64,000 nt of DNA, from positions 132,928,001 to 132,992,000 of the forward strand of contig NC_043001.1 in NCBI RefSeq assembly GCF_006345805.1, written 5' to 3'. The notes beneath the pieces were generated by a model, which was not told the DNA's origin, did not search any database, and was given only the letters and a program-made list of their open reading frames with translations. Source of the stretch: Octopus sinensis (Eukaryota). This document shows, one piece after another, positions 1 through 11,161 of this stretch. A program made the position numbers and the translations under genes. The first letter of the stretch is position 1; every line of letters starts with the position of its first letter.

Positions 1-229
1 GCATGCCGGGCGAAATGCTTAGCGGTATTTCGTCTGCGTTACGCTGTGAGTTCAAATTCCGCCGAGGTCGACTTTGCCTTTCATCCTTTCGGGGTCGATA
101 AATTAAGTACCAGTTACGCACTGGGGTCGATGTAATCGACTTAATACCTATGTCTGTCCTTGTTTGTCCCCTCTGTGTTTAGCCCCTTGTGGGTAATAAA
201 GAAATAGGTATCAGTTATCCTGCAAACTC
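1..229 (+). mobile_element. tRNA-derived SINE family B (5' end cut by window)
   Basis: GAGTTCAAATTCC B-box, central cctttcatcctttcggggtcgataaattaagtaccag domain and aataaagaaatagg tail; nearly identical to copies at 3089, 42030 and 44052. Confidence 0.85.
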
Positions 230-1011
230 AAGCATGTATCAAAGCAAAATCTTGTATATTTGACGTTGGTGTGATTTATAGTCATAAGGATAAAATGAAT
301 GGGTATTTGAAATATTATTACATATGTTTCCTGAGTGAAATTTATTTAGAATTTGATTTCATTAAATCACTAGACATGTAACAACATGCAACCTCATGTA
401 ACATTATCCAAGTTCATGTTTTATAAAATGCTACTTCTTAAGACAATAATACAACTTTGATGACAAAGTTTTTAGATGATAAACCACTAAAAATTTGGTG
501 AAACATATGACAATTCAGTGAAAAAATTTTTAATATATAGAATGCTGAATTTGAGGAATTTAGAAATGGTGGGAGAGCATATTTAAGCTAGAACCGATCA
601 AATTCATTAATTTCATGGGCAAACAGATATACTGAATGCAATGTTCAAATGGGGAGTGATAAAAAAATTGGCTCTTTATCCATTGGGCTTCTTTCAGTTT
701 CTACATGTCAAATCCACTCACAAGGATTTGGTTGGCCAAGGGCTGTAGGAGAAGACACTTGCCCAAAGTACCACACTGTGTAACTGAACTGTCAACCATG
801 TGCTTGGGAAGCAAACTTCTTAACCAAATGGTCACATTATGCTTACATATATATATATATATATATCATCATCATCATCATCATCATTTGGCGTCCGCTT
901 TCCATGCTAGCATGGGTTGGACGGGTCAACTGGGGTCTGTGAAGCTGGAAGGCTTCGTCAGGCCCAGTCAGATCTGGCAGTGTTTCTACGGCTGGATGCC
1001 CTTCCTAACGC

Positions 1012-1058
<47 letters not shown>

Positions 1059-1092
1059 TGCCTGATTATGTATGGATTAAATATATATATAT

Positions 1093-1311
1093 ATTACAGT
1101 TTTATATTTAAGAGATGAGGAATTATGTACGTTATTTACATTATTTACATTTGATGGATATTTGTCCTCATCTTGTTTGTTGTTAACACAATGTTGCGGC
1201 TGATATTACCCTCCAGCCTTCATCAGGTGTCTTGGGGAAATCTCGAACCTGGGTTCTCATTCCTAAGGTATTTTTCGATATTATTATTATTTATTATTAT
1301 TATTATTATTA

Positions 1312-1343
<32 letters not shown>

Positions 1344-1470
1344 TGTTATTACTATTATTATTATTATTATTATTATATTATTATTATTATTATTCAGGTA
1401 ACTGCTTGGAATAAAACTCGGAATCTTGAGGTTAGTAGCCCATGCTCTTAACCACTATGCCATATGCCCA
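1093..1470 (-). mobile_element. tRNA-headed short element with internal (AAT)n and a degenerate hammerhead ribozyme
   Basis: Minus strand: A-box TGGCATAGTGG, decayed B-box GAGTTTTATTCC, (AAT)n of about 115 bp, then GACAC-CTGATGA-A-GGCTG...CAGCC-GCAAC-AT-T-GTGTT. Confidence 0.7.
1186..1231 (-). ncRNA. Degenerate minimal type I hammerhead ribozyme fold (Penelope-type)
   Basis: Stem I GACAC/GTGTT, core CTGATGA, 5-bp stem II GGCTG/CAGCC. GAAAC is mutated to GCAAC and the ACGT palindrome to ACAT. Confidence 0.65.
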
Positions 1471-1654
1471 TGGGCATATGGTGTAGTGGTTAAGATGAGG
1501 ACAAATACTCATCAAATGTAAATAATGTAAATAAAATATATATGTTTAAAATGTATGCATGACTGTGTGTGTGTGTGTACATGTACACGTGCATATTATG
1601 ACAAGCTAAACAGGTTCATAATTAAAGGAACACAATATAGTTGCTAATATAAAT

Positions 1655-2000
1655 AAAAAGCACCATCCATTCGTGGCCGTTGCCAGCGCTGCCCTGACTG
1701 TCCTCCGTGCCGGTGGCACGTAAAAGCACCATCTGTTCGTGTCCGTTGCCAGCCTCTCCTGGCCCCCGTGCCGGTGGCACGCAAAAGCACCATCCGTTCG
1801 TGGCCGTTTGCCAGCTCCGTCTGGCACCTGTGCGGGTGGCACGTAAAAAGCACCCACTACACTCGTGGATTGGTTGGCGTTAGGAAGGGCATCCAGCCGT
1901 AGAAACACTGCCAGATCAGACTGGGCCTGATGCAGCCTTCTGGCTTCACAGACCCCAGTTGAACCGTCCAACCCATGCTAGCATGGAAGACGGACGCTAA

Positions 2001-2032
<32 letters not shown>
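1655..2032 (+). mobile_element. 5'-truncated RTE LINE 3'UTR (family C) with hairpin tandem array and (GAT)n tail
   Basis: Ends ccaacccatgctagcatggaagacggacgctaaat(gat)n. About 20 copies or fragments in the window, e.g. 866-1015(-), 7325-7770(-), 17030-17420(+), 18430-18800(-), 26485-26935(-), 31610-31790(-), 39445-39735(-), 44490-44870(+), 46660-46900(-), 55160-55585(+), 61115-61515(+), 63150-63395(+). Confidence 0.8.
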
Positions 2033-2035
<3 letters not shown>

Positions 2036-2352
2036 ATTGAAATGAAAACAGATTGGACAACCGCATTAAGAAAAGTCGGAGGAGAGAGGATGATGAAGAT
2101 AAAGAGAAAGTGGGAGGGAAGAGGTGAGACAGCTGAATAAGCAATAAAAAAGGAAAAAAAGGAAAATAAAAAAAGGAAGGGAAAGATAGACAGAAAATAG
2201 ACAGATAGATAAATACATAGAGATAAACAGATACATGGAAAGAGAGTGATGTAAAACAACAAGATGCTTGAAAGCCTGCTAAGTAAAAGCAGATTTATGA
2301 AACTAATGGTATTGGATCACTTGTGAGTTACATGTATATAATTGTGTACATA

Positions 2353-2397
<45 letters not shown>

Positions 2398-2633
2398 ACA
2401 TGTTTGTATGTGCACATATTTGTGTGGTTTTTACGAGTGTATGTTTGCATGTCTGCATGCAAACACACACACACACACACACAAAAAGCAATGTAACTAC
2501 TTTGACAAATAATGACATAGCATCAGAATTTCTTACAAGTATTGGTGACTGTAAATGTTAATAACTTTGAGAGCAAACCTCTGTGTGTGTGTGTGTGTGG
2601 TGTGTGTGTGTCTGTGTGTGTGTGTGTGTGTGT

Positions 2634-2670
<37 letters not shown>

Positions 2671-3088
2671 ACATGTGCTTATGTGTGACAGCATTATTTA
2701 AACGGATCCACGACAAGTTTTCCATACATTCAGCATATACACCCTTCATTCTACTTGTTTACTTGATTGACTGGTCATTGTTTTTGCATATACTACTACT
2801 ATAGCTCGGGAAGTAATAATAAATTGCTACTTAAGTGACTGTGAAGCTAGTAATAACATTGATGCTAGGGTTTGAGGAGTTGGAGAAAGCAAAGAAGAGT
2901 GCTACCTTAATTGGTAACAAGGTGCATAAGAAAGGTGTTTGTAATAACAGTGAAATTTAGGCAATGAATACAGGTGACCTGCTGCAATTGGAGAAGAAAG
3001 AAAGAAAGAAAAGTATGGGTTGTTATATGTGTAATGTTAATTTTACAAAGGAAACCACCTGCAAATTAGTGGGTAAGCAAGTGGTATT

Positions 3089-3320
3089 GCGGTGAGCTGG
3101 CAGAAACGTTAGCACACCGGGCGAAATGCTTTGCGGTATTTCGTCTGCTGCTACGTTCTGAGTTCAAATTCCGCCGAGGTCGACTTTGCCTTTCAACCTT
3201 TTGGGGTCAATAAATTAAGTACCAGTTACGCACTGGGGTCGATAAAATCGACTTAATCCGTTTGTCTGTCCTTGTTTGTCCTCTCTGTGTTTAGCTCCTT
3301 GTGGGTAATAAAGAAATAGG
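3089..3320 (+). mobile_element. SINE family B
   Basis: Full copy with A-box GAGCTGGCAG and B-box; ggtattg(c) repeated at both flanks. Confidence 0.85.
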
Positions 3321-5511
3321 TATTGCATAGTGTATTCAAAGGTGACAACAATACCAGTATGGGCATGCAGTTCAAAATAAATGGTATATTCTTGATGAAA
3401 AATTAAGTTATAGAGATAAAGAGACCAATTCAAAGAAGGCCAGAGATGAACCATTCAGAAGAGACCTGAAAACTTTGGGTACACCAAAGATGTATGACAG
3501 CATAATATGTTGTAGAATGTAGTCGCTACAATTCAAAAAGACCAATCAGGACCAAGAGTAAAAGAAAACAAAAATGAAAACATGTAAGGATGGTTTTGTT
3601 GTTGCTTAGGCCTAGGTGAGTACTTGTTAAGCAAACCTATAAAGATCATTCTGTGTTTTATTCAGGTACGTCCAGAGCCATATCATCTAAAATGTTCCTT
3701 TTGTAAAAGACAGCTGGGTGTCATTTGAAGGAGGTTTAGGTACTATTTCTTGCAGATTAAGTAACCACACAGATGTTCCTTTATTGACTCCTTGTTAAAT
3801 TGTTATAAGAGCAGAAAATATCTAACATTTCCAGTTGCTTTCCTTGTTATGTTGCATACAATATATGTACAAATACATAGATCCTAATTTGAATAAAATA
3901 GCCTCAAAAATAAGGGGTGGATGCTCTTCTCAAAGCAATTTTCCTTTTATGAAAACACATTCCATAGCTCCTAATTAGATTGATAAGTCTTCTTGTCAAA
4001 TCATTTTATATTCCAAATGTTTTTCCGAAAGTAATTATCAATTTCTTTTTCTCTTTCTCCATAGCTGACAGTTGTGTTTCCTTCATAATACTTAGTACTA
4101 CAATGGATAAGTTTTCTTCAAATTTACCTTCAGGCACAGCTCAAAGAGCAAACGTAATTACTTTGCTACAGTTGATAAGGAGCTTCATTGCAGATACATA
4201 AGTGGAAATAACGTTCAGTTCAGTAATAACAAAGTAACAGAACAATAGACACAAAAATACCAAAGATAACAACAACAGCAGCGTCTAAATTGGAAAAAAA
4301 TGCAATAAAATGAATGAAAAATATAAGCAATTGTGTAATGAAATATTTTACACAGCAAAATCACTTTAGAAACAGAATAAACATATTTAAATTACAAAAT
4401 GATTATTGCATTTTTGTTTGTTATATTGCCTATCTTGCTATAATTATCAAAGAATAAAGCAATAAGTCATTTGTGTAAAAGAGTGTATATTCAGTTTTCA
4501 AAACTTCTAAATAGGCAAATAATTTGCTTCATTGAAATTTTTAACATATAATTGAAAAGGTGTATAGAAACAATTTACATACAATTACAAATATTTATGA
4601 AAAGAAAAACAGTGCAAACCAAAAAAAAAGAGTAAGAAAAAATTTTAAAAACAACAGGGAAATATTTTTGAAAGGAAAATTAAAACAAAATTTATTAGAA
4701 TTAGAGCAATAAGAATGAAGTCTTCAAATGATCATTGCAAGAATATGAAGTTTAATAGTGACATCTATATTGAAATTAGATTTTGTTTGTTCCATCTTCT
4801 CTGTTTATCAGTGTGTGTGTGAGAGTGTGTGTAATGACAGTTAGAAGTGGTAAATCAATTATGCTATTCATACCATTTAATGCATGAAGAGAAACCAGTT
4901 ACATGATGATAGTTCATGCCGCCAGCAGGTGGAAGATACACAGTCTATGTTTATATTGAACACAGACAAAACAAACAAACAAGAAATCTCTCAAGATACA
5001 GGAAAGATAAAAAGTGTTATAATAATGTGTTATATATTTAGTTATGGCAGCGAAGAAGTTTAATGATAAATTCAGTTGCAATAAGTTATGAAGATAAGAT
5101 GTTTTGAAATATTTTAAGAAAAATTTTTTGTTTTTTTTTTCTTTTTGGGCAGTAGGGAATTTAACAGGTCAAAGTTTGTTTCCCATCATCACGACACATA
5201 ACTCACAATGGTTATGGTTAGCAAACATTAAGTGGATACTTAGAAGCAGTTCTCAATACGCCTAGATGACTATAGGTTTTACTTTAAATTCACTGTGAAA
5301 TAGAAAGCTACAGAAAGAACATTTAAGTGCAAAACATTGAATATTTGAATAAATTATATGTAAAATTATTTTAACATCAAACAGAAGGATTACTGAACAC
5401 TTTCTAGAAGAGTACATATTTATTGAATTTTAGAGGAAAAGGTTGACAGAAACTTAGGTGTGAGCAAGCCAAAACCTCTAAATCACTGTCAGCTTTCTGT
5501 TTTTAAAAGTA

Positions 5512-5936
5512 ACACACACGCACATGCACACACACGCACATGCACACACACGCACATGCACACACACGCACATGCACACACACGCACACGCACACACACG
5601 CACATGCACACACACGCACATGCACACACACGCACATGCACACACACGCACATGCACACACACGCACATGCACACACACGCACATGCACACACACGCACA
5701 CGCACACACACGCACACGCACACACACGCACACGCACACACACGCACATGCACACACACGCACATGCACACACACGCACATGCACACACACGCACATGCA
5801 CACACACGCACATGCACACACACGCACATGCACACACACGCACATGCACACACACGCACATGCACACACACGCACATGCACACACACGCACATGCACACA
5901 CACGCACATGCACACACACGCACACACACACACATG
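5512..5936. repeat. 16-bp-unit minisatellite (CACACACACGCACATG)n
   Basis: About 26 near-identical units; source of the HTHA/VCVC pseudo-ORFs. Confidence 0.95.
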
Positions 5937-6654
5937 AGACGTTTCCTGTTGCCAGCTTGGAATTCCCCATTTACTGAATAGAACTATGCCACCAACTTTG
6001 CAAATTGTCATGGCTGGAGTCAATGTAAGGGGGAAAATTCCATCTCACCTGAAACCCTACCTGCAGGGTCATTCCAGGTGTATTTTTTGTTTACAAAACT
6101 AACCGACCGTGATGTTTTCCTCCCTCCAGTTGTAGAGAGGTCATGTGCCTCAGGCCATTTGAGTCTGATCAGTCGCTTATACAGCTAAGCGCCTTATAGG
6201 TGTGAAGCCAATGATCACTCTCTGAATGGCCATAACGGGATGGTTGGTGTTAAGAAGGGCATCCAGCCATAAAAGCCATGCCAAAACAGACACAGCAGCT
6301 TGGAGTAGTCTCCTACTTGACTGGCTTCTGTCAAACCATCCAGCTCATGCCAGCATGAAAGGCGGATGTTAAACAATGACAATGATGATGATGAGTGTGT
6401 GTATTATACCGAAATTCAAATTTTGCTTGTAGGTGTGTTCCTCACTTTAAGGCTAAACAATGCATCATCACAATAAAATGTGTTGACCCATATACCCTTA
6501 AACATAAGACCATCTGTCTGACAAAATTTTAAGGAAATCTCACTCCTAGAAGCTTCAAAATAGAAGAACTTTGCTCATTATTGTACCAACATATTACAAA
6601 AAAAAGATGTTGCCCTTTCTGATGATAAAGAAAATGAAAAGAATGTACAAAATT

Positions 6655-7064
6655 TCAGGACTGGCTGTGTGGTAAGTAGCTTGCTAACCAGCCACATGGT
6701 TCCGGGTTCAGTCCCACTGCGTGGCATCTTGGGCAAGTGTCTTCTACTATAGCCCCGGGCCGACCAATGCCTTGTGAGTGGATTTGGTAGATGGAAACTG
6801 AAAGAAGCCTGTCGTATATATGTATATATATATAAGTGTGTGTGTATATGTGTGAGTATGTGTGTGTGTTCGTACCCCTAGCATTGCTTGACAACCGATG
6901 CTGGTGTGTTTACGTCCCCGTCACTTAGCGGTTCGGCAAAAGAGACCGATAGAATAAGTACTGGGCTTACAAAGAATAAGTCCCGGGGTCGATTTGCTCG
7001 ACTAAAGGCGGTGCTCCAGCATGGCCGCAGTCAAATGACTGAAACAAGTAAAAGAGTAAAAGAG
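6655..7064 (+). mobile_element. tRNA-derived SINE family A (about 400 bp, internal AT/GT microsatellite)
   Basis: Head ggcgcaggagtggctgtgtggtaag (A-box) ... GGTTCAGTCCC (B-box); tail gactgaaacaagtaaaagag(taaaagag)n. About 16 near-complete copies in the window. Confidence 0.88.
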
Positions 7065-7509
7065 TATATACACGTAGACACACACAAACAAAACAAACAT
7101 ACAACACTTAGAAACAAAGTCATTCATAATGCATGCATATGGACACAAAAATACACATGCACTAACACACTTCCTGGTCCCACTCAGTTCTACTCCTTAT
7201 CTTCACCACTACTATTTGTTATCTCTTTCTAGCTCCATCCAGGCCATTCCCACCCTTTCTTCTATAATGTGAGTGGTTGTGTAGTTCTTCTGCAGCTGGG
7301 AATCTGTTCTTTCCTGCCTTTTCTCCCACACTTTAATCCACCACCATCATCATCATGGTCATCGTTTAATGGTCGTTGTCCATGCTGGCATGGGCTGAAC
7401 GGTTTGACCAGAGCTAGCAAGCCTGGGAGCTGCACCAGACTCCAGTTCGATTTGGCACGGTTTCTACAGCTGGATGGCCTTCCTAATGCCAACCACTTTG
7501 CAGAGTGTG

Positions 7510-7770
7510 CTGGGTGCTTTTACATGACACTACACAGGCACTTCTATGTGGCACCACACAGGCACTTTTACATGGAACCACATGGACACTTTTACATGGT
7601 ACCACACAGGTGCTTTTACATGGTACCACACAGGCACTTTTACATGGAACCACATGGGCACTTTTACATGGTACCACACATGTGCTTTTACATGGAACTA
7701 CATGGGCACTTTTACATGGTACCACACAGGTGCTTTTACATGGTACCACACAGACGCTTTTATATGGCAC
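7510..7770. repeat. 24-bp-unit tandem array within a family C copy
   Basis: About 10 units of ggcacttttacatggwaccacaca. Confidence 0.85.
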
Positions 7771-8699
7771 TTCCACAACTGCTTTACACCACCTGCAGAA
7801 TTGCTCTTAACACTTCTGCTTCAGGGCATGACCTGAAAGGTTCAGATTCCTGAGGTCATTCTTCAGTATTTTATCCCTGTCTTCTTGGGTCTCCTACTTC
7901 CATGTGTTCCATCTTGAAGTGCAAAAATTGTGCACTTCTCTGCTGTAATGGCACTTAGCATTAAAAAAAAAGGTGTTAGTGTCACAAAAAAATACCCAGT
8001 ACATGATACTGTAAAGTGATTGGCATTAGAAAGGGTCATAAGTACCATTGCCAAAGCAGATGTTGGAGCATGATGCAATCTTCAGATCTATCAGACCCTT
8101 CAGGCTGTCCAACCTATGCTAGAATGGAACATGGACATTAAATGATGATGATACACACACACACACACACACCACACACACACACACACACGCACATAAA
8201 TGAGTTCTTTAGGGAGATGTATATTTTCTAGTGACTTGTCTTGGCATATTACAGGACCACGTACTTAGAGAATGACTAAATTCAGACCAAACTTTACTAA
8301 TAATCTCAGTCTACAACACTGCCATTGGATCTGCAGTCTGCTTCTGAATATGGCTGATATATATATATATATATATATATCGCCTTCACCTTCGAAACGT
8401 AGAGTAGGTGAAACCATGGCGACTGAAGAAGGGGTTTTTTCCTTGTGTTATTTGTCCTGTACTCTATTTTTTTGTTGTTTAAGAAAAATGTCCAGTTCCT
8501 TGTGTTTGTGTCTATGTTTTCGTTTCTCATTGTGTTCGACGTTTTTTTGGTGTCCTGTACTCATATATGCGTGTATATATACATGTAGAGGTATGTATGT
8601 ATATATATATGTATATGTTTTATTTATTAATATATTATATGACGGAACGCATGCATCCCTTTCTAAGTAAGATTGTTCTATATATATATAATATATATA

Positions 8700-8765
<66 letters not shown>

Positions 8766-9080
8766 GATATAGTTGAGATGGTAAATGTTTTTAATTTTCA
8801 TTCCTTTCATGAATTATCCCTTTTTGTGTTCTAGCACAACGCTTCCTTATTTGGAAGCCTCTTATTGTATTTCTATATGAATAATATATAGTCTAATGAC
8901 TAATTCGTCTTTTGTGCTAGGCCACTGGTAATAATAATTTATTATTATTACCCTATTTTATTATGTTTATATATATATATATTATATATATATATATATA
9001 TATATTGCCATGTTGATTCGCTAGCTTCTGCACGCATTTTTTTTCTCTCCTTGTTTCTCTCCATGTTTCTTTTCTGTGTA

Positions 9081-9118
9081 TCTTTCTGTTGAAGAGCGTA
9101 GGCTCAAAACGTAAAAGA
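9081..9118 (+). ncRNA. Degenerate minimal type I hammerhead ribozyme fold
   Basis: TCTTT-CTGTTGA-A-GAGC-GTAG-GCTC-AAAAC-GT-A-AAAGA: perfect 5-bp stem I, 4-bp stem II and ACGT palindrome. Core variants are A6>U and G12>A. Confidence 0.6.
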
Positions 9119-9209
9119 CTTGTTTTATTTATATTCCTGAGCGCCATACTAATACAATTGTTTGTTTGCATTCCACCTGCCTTCGTCTTTTGTTTATTTT
9201 CATAAAGCT

Positions 9210-9252
<43 letters not shown>

Positions 9253-9927
9253 ATATTAAACTTATGATGCACAGAGAACATCTACTACTAGGTAGGTGCC
9301 AGTTAAGGCCACACAAAAATGCATACCATAACAAGAAACACATCTATTTCTATCTTTAATCCTTTCATTATGAACCCCTGTATCCAACTGGAACCATCCC
9401 AAGTTCCTCAACACAAAACTTGTCATTTTTGAAATAATCATTTTAAAATCAAAATTATCACTACTTTATGTAAGAACTTTTGTCAAGATATATATTCCAA
9501 AAACAAGCATCACAATGAAAGTGACAGTTATATTATTAAATCCCTCAAAATTCTTGATTATTTTCAAAATTTATCAAAAATACATAAAGTGTGTATTTCA
9601 TTATATATTTGGTCACAGAAGGGTTACAAAGTAAAAGCACCTTTTCTTTCGTTTACATATGTTATATTTTACTTTAAATATGAAGCTCAGTTCCTGTTTA
9701 CAGAAATAGTTTTAGTGCAATGATATTGATCTACACACACACAAACATACACACATACATACATGCATACATACATACATACAATGAGCTCCCTCCACCA
9801 AAACAAACAAAACAAAATAAAACCCACAGAAGTTTAAAATATCCTAAGTCAATATTTACAAACTGTATTTTTATTAATTGATCACAAGTGTGCACATATG
9901 TAGGCAGGCAGCCATGTAGGTGTGTGA

Positions 9928-9969
<42 letters not shown>

Positions 9970-10816
9970 TGTGAGTGTGTATATGGATTTATATTTATAT
10001 ATATATATATATACACATACATAGATATATACATACATACATATATATACATACATATATACATACATGTGTGTGGTGCGTGTGTGTGTAGATTGTGAGT
10101 CTACAAGATAAGGGAAAGTAATCAATAAAGTGTCTTGAAATATTAGGGATAGTACAGAAAAAAGACAAGGTTGAATCAACTGGAATTTTTAACAAAAAAA
10201 GTAGATATTTAAGGATTCGAGAAAGGTTGTTTTTTTTTTTATTCTCTTTATCTTTCATTTTTTTTTTTTTCATACTAAAAATAGATGAATATCAGTAACT
10301 TAATAAAATAGTGTGTTTAGTGATTTACTCACAAGTATCTGATTTCAAACAAATTAGAAATACTTAATTAAAAGGTAGGTGGAATGTGGAGGGGAGGAAA
10401 GAAATCTAGAAAGCAATTTTTTTGTGTTATTTTATATTTTATTTTTTAATTTTATTTTTGTTTTTGTAATTGTAATTATTGTAATTATCCCTCATGATTG
10501 GTTGATATAAAACATAAGTTGCATCTGAGAAGTAACTTACAAGAAGGTGGGATGAACAAAAACAAAAAAAAGGTACAACGCCAAGAATATTATCAACAAC
10601 ATGTTTAAAAGAATAAATATACATATATATATATAGAAATATATATATATTTTTTTTTTAAACATCTTATCAAAAAAAAAAAATAATAATAATAATAAAA
10701 CTCATATCAACTATGTTACACGTGTGTATGTATCAAATTTTCCAACAAATCAATATTGTGATATAAGAACTGAATCAAGTTAGCTCAGTTGGTAATGCAG
10801 TCAGATGGCAATAATA

Positions 10817-10847
<31 letters not shown>

Positions 10848-11044
10848 TATAATAATAACAACAACAACGACGATCATGATGACAACAACAGTGGTAGTGG
10901 TGGTTGTTGGTGTTGGTGGTGCTGATGGTGCTGGTTCTGGTGGGGATGAGGGCATGATGTTGTTGATGATGATTACTATGGTGATGTTGATAACGCTAAC
11001 CATAATAACGACTCAGTCTTAGAATCTCAATCAGCTACTGCCAG

Positions 11045-11094
11045 CAAGTAGTAGTAGTAGTAGTAGTAGTAGAAGTAGTAGTAGTAGTAGCAGT

Positions 11095-11161
<67 letters not shown>
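11045..11161. repeat. Compound (AGT)n/(AGC)n microsatellite
   Basis: Direct reading; preceded by a mixed trinucleotide run at 10808-11000. Confidence 0.95.

Noticed and set aside
1655-1860. CRISPR-like repeat-spacer array with palindromic repeats
   Set aside because: Eukaryotic context with spliceosomal genes, no cas genes, and the same units recur inside dispersed RTE 3'UTR copies; spacers are related to each other.
2558-2749. KGVY peptide resembling the kinesin KGVYV motif
   Set aside because: Flanking residues do not match the motor domain and the ORF runs into a CA repeat.
3800-4250. Long AT-rich minus-strand frame with few stops (possible numt or pseudogene)
   Set aside because: It contains in-frame TGA and TAA stops and no recognisable protein similarity.
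5460-6023. Long overlapping ORFs (HTHAHA / VCVCVR) and other poly-Y, poly-D, poly-L ORFs in the track
   Set aside because: They are translations of mini- and microsatellites lacking stops, with no splice or homology support.
6655-6730. tRNA genes at SINE heads
   Set aside because: A and B boxes are present, but there is no complete cloverleaf and each continues into a SINE body.
6655-7232. Recurring ORFs such as MSSNARGTNTDTQ.. and MLGGQTQTH..
   Set aside because: These are readings of SINE family A in different frames, not protein genes.
8380-8445. Complete hammerhead at gaaacgtagag..ctgaagaagggg
   Set aside because: Half-motifs are in permuted order and stem I cannot be formed; kept only as supporting evidence for the mini-element cluster.
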